Source: Candidatus Woesearchaeota archaeon
GTDB taxonomy: Archaea > Nanobdellota > Nanobdellia > Woesearchaeales > GW2011-AR4
Assembly (NCBI GenBank): GCA_016211245.1
Contig: JACQSQ010000055.1
Coordinates: forward strand, 1-49,106
Length of the DNA stretch: 49,106 nt
Direction: 5' to 3'
Part shown: positions 40,257 to 48,496 of the stretch, piece after piece
How positions within the stretch are numbered: position 1 is the stretch's first letter
Layout: each line of letters opens with the position of its first letter
Made by a program: the position numbers and the translations under genes
The notes under the pieces: generated by a model
What the model saw: only the letters and a program-made list of their open reading frames with translations
What the model was told of the DNA's origin: nothing
Database searches by the model: none

Positions 40257-41402
40257 CTATTTCCTGAAAAACGAAGTAAGCTTCTTCAGCTCCTCCTCAA
40301 ACGAGCCTTTTTTCTTGTCAACTTCATTGAATTTTTTTTCAATGTCAATTATTTCCTTTCCGACATCGCCTTTTTTGCTTGCAAGCTGGAATGATTTTGC
40401 CTTTTTTATCAGCTCCAAAAGGCTTTTTTCCAGCTCGTCCCTGTCCTTGTTTATCTTGTCAACAAGATTAACCACAGCCATCTTCCTGCTGAAGAAATCA
40501 TTAACTTTTTTGGTTATCTGGTCAACATTAATCGCAGTTTTTTTCTTGTCGGCTATTTTTTTTATTATATTGTCCTGCAGCTCAAGCACTTTTTTCTCAA
40601 GCTCTTTGCTTTTCTCCACTAACGGAGTAATCAATGATTTTTCTTCCTCAACTCGCTGCTTTACATCCTCTATTATCTGGTTCAGGCGCTCTATATGGGA
40701 TTCGGAATTCTTAATAGCAATATCCTCCTGCCCTATTTTTTTTTCAATAGCTGAAATCATTCCCTTCAAGTCTGTTAATTTGGCGTTGAGGAGCTTTTCG
40801 CTCTCTTCTATGGACTTGGCCTGTATCTTTTCCTGGGTAAGATTTTTTTTTTCCTTCTCAATATCGGAAACCAGTTCCCGGTATCTCTTTTGCTCGTTGA
40901 GTATCTGCTTTGCCAATTCCTCAATCTTGGATTTGGCGTCATTCTTCTGCTCTTCAATCTGCTTTTGAAGCTCTTGCTTCATATGCTGGTATTTTTCCAG
41001 CTCCTGAAGCTCGTTTCTTACAGTGTCCAGCTCCATACCTAACTCGCTTTTTATTTTGTCGAACTCGCCTTTTATCTTTTTCAGCTCGCCGGCCTGCTTG
41101 TCTAGAAAACTTAGGCTTACTTCAGCCTTTCTCACAAAAACATCCTTCTTGCTCTCAAATTCCTTTGATTTTGCCTCGACTTCCTTTCTTGTTAGCTTTC
41201 TTTCCACAAGAAACGGCTTGGTAAGCCTGTACTCGACGCTTATTATTCCCTCGTCTTCGAGAAAATCCACCCATTCCTGGATGACAGTAGTGCTGACTCC
41301 CAGTTCTTTGGCGGCATCTGCCAAGGCTATTTTGCCCCTTACCTTTACCAGGTTGACAAGCTTGTCCACTCCAGTTTCTATAACACTTCCTTCAAGCTCC
41401 AT
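40257..41402 (-). CDS. winged-HTH domain fused to a ~300-aa K/E-rich coiled coil
   Basis: 381 aa. 'IALADAAKELGVSTTVIQEWVDFLEDEGIISVEY', followed by heptad-like K/E/L/I-rich sequence to the C-terminus. Confidence 0.55.
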   Translation of the reverse strand: MELEGSVIETGVDKLVNLVKVRGKIALADAAKELGVSTTVIQEWVDFLEDEGIISVEYRLTKPFLVERKLTRKEVEAKSKEFESKKDVFVRKAEVSLSFLDKQAGELKKIKGEFDKIKSELGMELDTVRNELQELEKYQHMKQELQKQIEEQKNDAKSKIEELAKQILNEQKRYRELVSDIEKEKKNLTQEKIQAKSIEESEKLLNAKLTDLKGMISAIEKKIGQEDIAIKNSESHIERLNQIIEDVKQRVEEEKSLITPLVEKSKELEKKVLELQDNIIKKIADKKKTAINVDQITKKVNDFFSRKMAVVNLVDKINKDRDELEKSLLELIKKAKSFQLASKKGDVGKEIIDIEKKFNEVDKKKGSFEEELKKLTSFFRK

Positions 41403-41459
41403 TTTGATAATTTTTTGTTTATATATATTTAAAAATGTTATGTTTTTACATGATTAATT

Positions 41460-42395
41460 TCAAATTGTCAAGTTGGTTACTTGATACACCCCAAGATGCT
41501 CCTGATCTATCTTAAACCATTCCGGAGTTGCATTTATCCTGTAGTTTATCGTATTCTTCGTTCCGAAATATATATGATCCACAATGCTCCTGTCTTTAAG
41601 CACTAGCCCCTGCTGCTGGAATTCCTCCAGGTTGACAAGGCTTTCAACACCATAAGTTGAGTTGCCCAAATCCCCCTCAAACCTCATAAGAAAGGTTGGC
41701 GCATCATTGTTGGCTATGTAATACGAGTTGTTTGCATGCTTCAAAAGATTCTGCACGTTTCCGCCAATTACAAAAGGGGTGATATTTGTTTTTATTATTG
41801 GGTTTGTTATTCTTCCCTTGCTGTTGATGAGATAAAGCGGATCTTCAAATCCGATTATGCTTATCCTTGTAGTTAAATACCTGTTTCTTGCCCATTGGCT
41901 TGTATTCCTCTTATCCTTTATGTCCAAAGTTATATCGATACCTGCCTCAATAGTCCATGGATCACTTTGATTTAGCTTTACATCATTAATCGTAAAATTA
42001 AACAGGATGTCTACTTTATCAGCTTCAGCAGAAATCTTGTTGGCCCAATCCGTGAAAGTGGAATCCTTCATCAGGCTAAGCTGCTGCTGGTTGATGGTGC
42101 CATTAAGAAAAGATTCCTTAAATTTCTCATTGACGCTGCTTATAAAAGTGCCGTTAGTTGATATGAACTGGTTGAAGCCCAGCAGAGTTCTGAAAGAAGC
42201 TATGTATACTCCCTTGCTTAAGTCTTTTTCAACGTCCTTAATAAAAAAATTAACGGTTTCTATCCTGGTTTCTATAGTTTCCATCCTGTCTGTTAACCTG
42301 TATGTGCTATAATAGCCGTATGTCACAATAATAACAGTTGTTAAGGCAATTGCAGATATGGTATAAAAAATGGATTTTTTTCCGTTCATTCCCAC
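41460..42395 (-). CDS. N-terminally anchored (prepilin-like?) protein, unknown function
   Basis: 311 aa. 'NGKKSIFYTISAIALTTVIIVTYGYY'. Overlaps the adhesin gene by 10 nt. Confidence 0.45.
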   Translation of the reverse strand: MGMNGKKSIFYTISAIALTTVIIVTYGYYSTYRLTDRMETIETRIETVNFFIKDVEKDLSKGVYIASFRTLLGFNQFISTNGTFISSVNEKFKESFLNGTINQQQLSLMKDSTFTDWANKISAEADKVDILFNFTINDVKLNQSDPWTIEAGIDITLDIKDKRNTSQWARNRYLTTRISIIGFEDPLYLINSKGRITNPIIKTNITPFVIGGNVQNLLKHANNSYYIANNDAPTFLMRFEGDLGNSTYGVESLVNLEEFQQQGLVLKDRSIVDHIYFGTKNTINYRINATPEWFKIDQEHLGVYQVTNLTI

Positions 42396-45300
42396 ACCCT
42401 TATCTCAACAATCGCAGGCCCCCATAGGGACGGGACCTTTGACACTGTTAATGTATTTATGTTCAGGCTGTTTTCATCTATATTTACTTCCAATTTCCCA
42501 TCCTTGTCGATGTCAAGATTGCTGAATAACTGGAATACTGCATTGTCGAGTGCGTCATTGGAGTCATAAGTCTGGCTGGCAAAGCTGCAGATATCCGCTC
42601 CATTGTAGTCTGACGGAATCTTTATTGTGGAAGCTGAGCCGTCTTCAAAGCTTATAGTCCATGAGCAGCCATCTGATTTTGCAACAACTGTTGAATAGTC
42701 TGCAAACCCGTTAAGCAGCAATGTGTAGATTATCCTGCTGTCGTTTGAGCCTCCGCTCGAGGAGCTTGAGTTAAGGCCCGTGCTTATTAGGATGGTGTTG
42801 CTGCCAATGCTTATGCCGTTCGCGGGAATATTGACGTCAAATGGATCTCCAAAATCTTGATAATTATTGCCGTAGTCGCCCAGCCTGTACACATTGTTGC
42901 CATTAACCACGAGGTTGTCTGTCCATTTATTGCCGGAATAAGAAGTGGCTTTGGCATCATAAACCGAGGTGTTTGGGTAGACCGTCAAAGTCCCCTGAGA
43001 AAGGTTGTTTCCAAACCTGTCTGTTTCAAAGCGCAACGGCACTTTGTTGAAGTGGGATTCCGGAGCGGAATAATTGAATGACAAATAAGAGTCTGGATAT
43101 AGTACAGTCTTTGCAAGGTTTCCGCCACTTAAGTTTATCGACTGCGCCTGATAGGTTATATTGCCCACAGACTGGGCAATTTTCGTGTATACCTCGATCA
43201 AATCGTCCGAATTGTTGGCAATATAAAATTGCGAGCAATCATCGCAACAAGCTGACTGGTTTAATGTTTTTCTTGCATTGGAGTTAGTTATGTCGCCAAA
43301 TAGTATAGTGTATACGCTTATGCCATAAAGCGACTTTGCTTCACAAGCTTTTTGCACTGTTTCATTTCTTGCCCCTGTAGAATCGCAACCGGCGCAATCG
43401 CCTATTTTTGTATTTGCCTCGCCGTCGCTCATCACGAGCATTGCCTTGTTTCTGCTGTAGCTGTTTAATTCATCTGACCATCTTGTGCTTAGATTCACAT
43501 TCCTAAAGTTCCAGTCATCATTTGTGCCTGTTGTCCTGTGGCAGCCTGATGTAGTCCCTGCTGTAAAATTTACCTCATTTTGGCCGTCCTTAAGCCATGC
43601 CACCGGCACATCAAAGTAAATCTTTTGCCACACATTTGTTATATTCCATTCCTGGTAATCAACACTCCCTACATAGTTTCCATTTATATATACACAATCA
43701 TAATATAAAGGGTTTACATTCAATACCTCAAACTCCAAATTTGCAGATTTTATTTTTGATTTTGAGATGTTTAAGGCCAAAAGCAAGGACGATTTTTCCT
43801 GAAGCGGAGAGTCTCCAATTTGAATTTCGGACTTGTTTGTATCATTATACGCAAGATTAGGCAAAGAGGTTTCTGATTCCCACACAGCCAATTTCACATC
43901 CTTGAAATCCCAATCGTCATTGTTGCCAGAAGTCTGGAAGCATCCCTCTGTGGTGCCGCCGGTGATAGTTACATTTGAAGCATTTCCGACAAACCACTCT
44001 GGCTTTAAAGCGTAAGAGCATGTGTGCCATCCAGGATCTCCATGAGGCTCGCACATCCTTCCAATATAATTCCCATTGAAATAAATGCAATCGTAATAGC
44101 CATCTTCTGTGGCAACATCCCTGCCAAGCAGCGTCAATCTTGATTTTACGAATTTTGACGAATTGGCGCTTATATTGAATCTTATGCTGGCAGATACAAC
44201 AGAGTCTCCTACCTGGAATTGGGTTGTATTAATTGCGGTCTTTTGACTTAGTCCGTATAAAACCTCATTTTCAGTCAAGAGCTCTGTTGCGCCTTGTATG
44301 CCGCATGAGATGCAGGTGTAGCCACACCATTCATTTGAGTAATTGCTAACCCCGTATTTTAACGATGCATTATCGTCGCTGAAATCATGGAAGTCGCAAA
44401 CAGGAGCAGCATCGGTGCCAAACCCCACCAAGGCTACTTTGCTTCCGCTAGTTTGCAGGACAGTGTCAATAAATTTTTTGTCTGCCTGAATGGCTACATT
44501 ATCCCTTCTGTCATGGCATCCTCCAGCGGCGTTAGAATCGCACAATCCAGTGGTGCAATTAACCCCTATATCGCAAGCGGACATGCTTGATGTCCTGTCA
44601 GTAATCAAGGCAGAATCAGAAATCTTGCCAGATATGGTAACATTTGAGCTTTTGAGCCCAATCCTTAGCGGAATTGTCTTCTGGCTTAATGATGCATACT
44701 CTATTACATTCGAAATATTAGAATTGTTTATTACCACATTTTGTTCGCTTGAAGATACAGTTGATTCAAATATTGTGGTGTTGCCTAAAACCAAGAAAAC
44801 CTGGTACTGGCTTAGGAAATGGAGTGACATATTCATGCTGTCAGGCTCGTTAGGGGCGTAGATGGAAGAATAGATATTAATGGCTCCTTCCACCCCAGGC
44901 AGCCAATATTTCTCAAAACCCGGAGATGAAGTGTCATTATAAGATGATGTGATGTATGTTACTCTCAAGAAACCGCCTGCGATATAGCTTTCTCCAGATG
45001 TGAAATTTATTGTTATATTGTTTTCGCCAGGCTTGAAATTTGCAAGATATAAATTGCTTAGGTTCCACTTGTCAGCCAGCATATTGCCGCCTCCTGCAGA
45101 CCCTTTAGCATAGCTTCCTGAGAAAATACCGTTAATGTAAAGGTTGAAATTGCCGCCTGCGTCAACTTCCAGATAAGAGCCGTTAAACGAAATAACATCA
45201 TTAGGCAGGACCAATTTCTTAGTCAAGTTGCCATCGCCCTCATACCCTCCAAAATAGGCGTAAGCGCTGGTTTTCTTGCTCTTTATGCCGGTAAGCAATA

Positions 45301-45775
45301 CTCTTGTAGTGAACCCTTGGGTGGGCTTGGCCTTGGCTATTCCGCTTATTATTCTTCTTGAGGAAACAAGCGCCCTGTCCACAGGCAAATTCCTTAAATA
45401 AATTTCTTCTCCATTAACAAGAACGCTGAATCCGTAGTTATCCGGTATTATGGACTCAGTGAGGTTTTTCGTGAAATTTTTTGCCAGCTCTGTATTGTCT
45501 TCAGCCCAAAACTCACCAATTTGCTCTATAAGCGTGTTGTTCGTGTTCGATATTATTCCGGATAAAGTTAAATTCTTCACGTATTCATTATTGACTTCCC
45601 CCACAGTCAACGAAGAAAATACCCTCACCATGTCCTGCGCCGCATAATTCACATTAACTTTCTGCTGCTCATAAACATAAAAATTGGAAATCAGTATGAT
45701 GGAGAGTATGATAATGCCGGAAGCGAGCAGCGCATCAATAGTAAAAAATATGCCTCTTTTTTTCATATTTACCAC
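42386..45775 (-). CDS. giant prepilin-like adhesin with a vWA (MIDAS) domain
   Basis: 1129 aa. 'MKKRGIFFTIDALLASGIIILSIILI' is a class III-type N-terminus. MIDAS 'DRTSSMS' (44579-44599), 'VALVGFGTDA', 'LVMSDGEAN' (about 43412-43435). Many N-X-S/T sequons. Confidence 0.7.
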   Translation of the reverse strand: MVNMKKRGIFFTIDALLASGIIILSIILISNFYVYEQQKVNVNYAAQDMVRVFSSLTVGEVNNEYVKNLTLSGIISNTNNTLIEQIGEFWAEDNTELAKNFTKNLTESIIPDNYGFSVLVNGEEIYLRNLPVDRALVSSRRIISGIAKAKPTQGFTTRVLLTGIKSKKTSAYAYFGGYEGDGNLTKKLVLPNDVISFNGSYLEVDAGGNFNLYINGIFSGSYAKGSAGGGNMLADKWNLSNLYLANFKPGENNITINFTSGESYIAGGFLRVTYITSSYNDTSSPGFEKYWLPGVEGAINIYSSIYAPNEPDSMNMSLHFLSQYQVFLVLGNTTIFESTVSSSEQNVVINNSNISNVIEYASLSQKTIPLRIGLKSSNVTISGKISDSALITDRTSSMSACDIGVNCTTGLCDSNAAGGCHDRRDNVAIQADKKFIDTVLQTSGSKVALVGFGTDAAPVCDFHDFSDDNASLKYGVSNYSNEWCGYTCISCGIQGATELLTENEVLYGLSQKTAINTTQFQVGDSVVSASIRFNISANSSKFVKSRLTLLGRDVATEDGYYDCIYFNGNYIGRMCEPHGDPGWHTCSYALKPEWFVGNASNVTITGGTTEGCFQTSGNNDDWDFKDVKLAVWESETSLPNLAYNDTNKSEIQIGDSPLQEKSSLLLALNISKSKIKSANLEFEVLNVNPLYYDCVYINGNYVGSVDYQEWNITNVWQKIYFDVPVAWLKDGQNEVNFTAGTTSGCHRTTGTNDDWNFRNVNLSTRWSDELNSYSRNKAMLVMSDGEANTKIGDCAGCDSTGARNETVQKACEAKSLYGISVYTILFGDITNSNARKTLNQSACCDDCSQFYIANNSDDLIEVYTKIAQSVGNITYQAQSINLSGGNLAKTVLYPDSYLSFNYSAPESHFNKVPLRFETDRFGNNLSQGTLTVYPNTSVYDAKATSYSGNKWTDNLVVNGNNVYRLGDYGNNYQDFGDPFDVNIPANGISIGSNTILISTGLNSSSSSGGSNDSRIIYTLLLNGFADYSTVVAKSDGCSWTISFEDGSASTIKIPSDYNGADICSFASQTYDSNDALDNAVFQLFSNLDIDKDGKLEVNIDENSLNINTLTVSKVPSLWGPAIVEIRVWE

Positions 45776-45803
45776 AACATCTTCTCCTTTGCAATTTTTC
45801 TAG

Positions 45804-46922
45804 TTATTGCCAAACATAGACTGTCATTTTAGCAGGTTTTGAGTTATAGATTAGATAGCGCTCCGTCTTTGCCAAATATTTTGGACTGATAACTAAAAAA
45901 TTTATCGGGTTGCAGGTGCCTTCGATAAGCCCTGAAGCAGCCCCCTCGACCACATCAATAAAATTTCCATTGAAAGCAGACACATCAAAGTCGCTGAAAA
46001 AGTATACAGTTCCGTTGCCGTATTTCCATTTCGAGATTGAATTGTCGTCTGTTTGGTTGAATGTGGCTATTCTCAGGAAGCTGACAGATTCTGATTTGTT
46101 CTCAACATGATAATACTGGTTGAAAACCATGCTTTGCCCTATAGACAAAGACAAATATGGATCCGTGTCGTTGACTATTGAGATTCTTTGGCTTGAAGAC
46201 AGCCCTGATTTTTTCTTGAAATCCGCACCAACCATGCTGTTTGTAGAAGGGGTGGCCAGCTCACCGCTTATAATTAAAAGCCCGCCTCTTGATGAAAAGT
46301 TCTCAATTTTGGCCTTGTTTGTCGCAAAATCGCCGCCGCTGAGAAGAGGATGCTCCATCACCAAAAAGCCGTATTTGCTCAGATTCGCAACAAGATCGTC
46401 TATATCATCATTGTAGATGTCTGCATTGAAAGTTTCCCTCATGAAATCCTTCAAGAAATCATCATCCTCGTCTTGATAATAATAAGCGCTTTTGATGTTG
46501 TAAGTTGTGTTTATCAGAGGATAGCCTGTTCCGCAAACTCCCTTTATGTTCAGGACATCGCCATTTTCATTCAGGAAATAAGCAAAAAAATCAAATGTTG
46601 TGGAGAATTTCCTCCTGGCTAGAGTATAGTTCATCTGCTTTAATTTTTTCAATTTGGTGGCGTTCAATTGCTGCTCATCCGCTATTCCAATCCTCACGAC
46701 AGTTGTATTGTCCCAGTCATCAGGGTAGCCCTCCAAAGCCAAGGAGTTTGAGATGGACTTGGCATCCTTAGTCACCAAGTCAAAATCACCTTTATCCTCT
46801 TTTTGCGCATTATTGGTGTAGCTAAAATAAACTATGAGCGTGAATGTAAACAGAAGCATGCCTATTGCAAAGTCCATGTACCATGCCTGCGCCTTGATAG
46901 ATTTAGTTGACATAGACAACAC
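45804..46922 (-). CDS. prepilin-like N-terminus protein, unknown function
   Basis: 372 aa. 'KSIKAQAWYMDFAIGMLLFTFTLIVYF'. Confidence 0.45.
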   Translation of the reverse strand: MLSMSTKSIKAQAWYMDFAIGMLLFTFTLIVYFSYTNNAQKEDKGDFDLVTKDAKSISNSLALEGYPDDWDNTTVVRIGIADEQQLNATKLKKLKQMNYTLARRKFSTTFDFFAYFLNENGDVLNIKGVCGTGYPLINTTYNIKSAYYYQDEDDDFLKDFMRETFNADIYNDDIDDLVANLSKYGFLVMEHPLLSGGDFATNKAKIENFSSRGGLLIISGELATPSTNSMVGADFKKKSGLSSSQRISIVNDTDPYLSLSIGQSMVFNQYYHVENKSESVSFLRIATFNQTDDNSISKWKYGNGTVYFFSDFDVSAFNGNFIDVVEGAASGLIEGTCNPINFLVISPKYLAKTERYLIYNSKPAKMTVYVWQ

Positions 46923-47286
46923 CGCCTGTTTTGTTGATTATGTTAGTGCTTTTTGTCACATTTCCAACAGAAACTGGAATTGAAGCTATGTAAATGCTGT
47001 TCTTTGATTTCACTGTGATAGTCGAATTTAAAGTGGTGATGGAGTAATTTATACTATCTATCTTATCAGGCAGCTCAAAAATCCGAACATAACCATCTTC
47101 GACAGAAGCTGCAAGCAGCAATTCCTTCTGCACTTTCAATGCCATATCCTTGACTGCTTCATTTTCTTTTCGGAGCCTGAAGTCGTCCAGCTGGTCCAAG
47201 GATGCTAAAGCAAAGGCTATCGCTATCAAAAATGCCAATCCTATAAATATGAAAAATTCAGAGCTTATCTGGGCCCTAGAATGCAT
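46903..47286 (-). CDS. minor pilin-like protein (class III signal peptide)
   Basis: 127 aa. 'HSRAQISSEFFIFIGLAFLIAIAFALA'. 'AGAGGTGA' SD upstream. Confidence 0.6.
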   Translation of the reverse strand: MHSRAQISSEFFIFIGLAFLIAIAFALASLDQLDDFRLRKENEAVKDMALKVQKELLLAASVEDGYVRIFELPDKIDSINYSITTLNSTITVKSKNSIYIASIPVSVGNVTKSTNIINKTGGVVYVN

Positions 47287-47397
47287 ATTTCACCTCTTTT
47301 TATGATGTTTTATTGAATTTATTTTTTAAATCATGCGACCCATAAAACAATATTAAATTATAATTTTTAAAAATTTCGCGACCCTTGTTCTCTCATG

Positions 47398-47584
47398 ACA
47401 GTAATGGGTGCCCCGCTATTAACTGTTTTTGCTTTCTGCTAAGATAGATAGCACGACATTAGTATTAGGGTTACCTAAATCAGTTTGCAACGCATAGGTA
47501 AATGCATGCGAGGAAAGCTGGTAAATGGTGAGCGAGGTTACTCGCGAACCTCGCATATCACTACTCACTTTCCATATCTCGCAT
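47398..47584 (-). ncRNA. candidate structured RNA (four consecutive hairpins) in the 367-bp gap inside the pilus locus; strand uncertain
   Basis: Hairpins at 47506-47584 (nested stems ATGCGA/TCGCAT, GGAAAG/CTTTCC, GTGA/TCAC, GCGAGGTT/AACCTCGC), 47471-47501 (TTACCTA/TAGGTAA), 47437-47453 (TGCTA/TAGCA) and 47398-47426 (ACAGT/ACTGT plus GGG/CCC). On the minus strand a TATA-like 'caatatataaaatt' precedes the region and a T5 run follows it. Confidence 0.3.
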
Positions 47585-47653
47585 TTTTCAATTTTTATTC
47601 GTTATTGAATTTTATATATTGTCTATCTTATTGACTAAAAGAGTTTATTGTGT

Positions 47654-48064
47654 TTAATTTGATGTTATTTGGACATAGCCGTCCTCAGCCTTAACAGTCA
47701 GTATATGTATTCCAGGGCTTTTTGGCAGGGTGCCGCTCATGTTTACTGAGGAAACCTGCACGATATCTGTTATTCCGGCCTGGGTTTTTATTTTGAATAC
47801 GGCTTCTTTGCCGGTTAAATTGGTCGAATGTATGCCATCAGGGAAGTTCAGCTTCAAAGTGGTTTGTGACGGCTTTCCAAGGTAGTACACAGATTCGGAT
47901 GTGTCCACTATTTTTCTTGCAATCTGCAAGGCCTGTGTTGTCGAGACAGTATCAGACGAGTCAGCGGAGTAAGTGTAATAAATCACCAGCAGCGGGATTG
48001 TTATAAGGGCTGCGAAGCCCATCACAAGCATATACTCCACGCTCACCTGTGATTTTAGCGGCAT
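47654..48064 (-). CDS. minor pilin-like protein (class III signal peptide)
   Basis: About 136 aa from the ATG at 48064, 1 nt after the upstream stop (the ORF track extends to 48127). 'MPLKSQVSVEYMLVMGFAALITIPLLVIYY'. Confidence 0.6.
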   Translation of the reverse strand: MPLKSQVSVEYMLVMGFAALITIPLLVIYYTYSADSSDTVSTTQALQIARKIVDTSESVYYLGKPSQTTLKLNFPDGIHSTNLTGKEAVFKIKTQAGITDIVQVSSVNMSGTLPKSPGIHILTVKAEDGYVQITSN

Positions 48065-48065
48065 T

Positions 48066-48494
48066 TTATTTCCTATTTTGCCTTGATTTTTTTTGTTTTT
48101 TAGCAAGAGCTGCTTCAGCATTTTCACTTGGCTTTTGCGCTTTTTCAGTAACCAGCTTCCCTATTCTCCTGCCCTGCTCCTTAAATCCAAATTCCTCGCT
48201 TATTTTTTGGGTTCTGAAAGAAGTGATTATGAAGGCTATATATGCAAAAATGATAAAGATGTATTCTGGATAGGTCAAATAAGTCGCGTGATTTAACTCC
48301 AAGCCGGACTCATATATGTTTCTTACGGTCTGCCATATAGAGAATGTGACTATAAATGCAAGGCAAATGGCAAAATTGTCCATAAATCTTCTGATAGAGC
48401 CCTCGCTTAGTTTTTTTCTTGCCCTTGAGATTAAAATCAAGGAAGCAATCCCAAATATCACTGTTGTTATGCCGACCGCAGCTATGTGCACCAT
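48066..48494 (-). CDS. small polytopic membrane protein with a basic C-terminal tail
   Basis: 142 aa. Four hydrophobic segments, then 'KEQGRRIGKLVTEKAQKPSENAEAALAKKQKKSRQNRK'. Confidence 0.45.
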   Translation of the reverse strand: MVHIAAVGITTVIFGIASLILISRARKKLSEGSIRRFMDNFAICLAFIVTFSIWQTVRNIYESGLELNHATYLTYPEYIFIIFAYIAFIITSFRTQKISEEFGFKEQGRRIGKLVTEKAQKPSENAEAALAKKQKKSRQNRK

Positions 48495-48496
48495 TG

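Noticed and set aside
40315-41457. Plus-strand ORFs of 217, 104 and 144 aa overlapping the wHTH coiled-coil gene.
   Set aside because: They are the low-complexity S/F/L-rich antisense translation of a K/E-rich coiled-coil gene. They are ORF-track artefacts.
47506-47520. 'GAGGAAAGCTGG' resembles the RNase P RNA CR-I motif (GAGGAAAGUCC).
   Set aside because: There is no matching CR-V/P4 partner (ACAGAA...GGCUUA-like) within several hundred nt on either side, and the downstream sequence is AT-rich promoter-like DNA. The motif is better explained as one strand of the GGAAAG/CTTTCC stem of hairpin 1.
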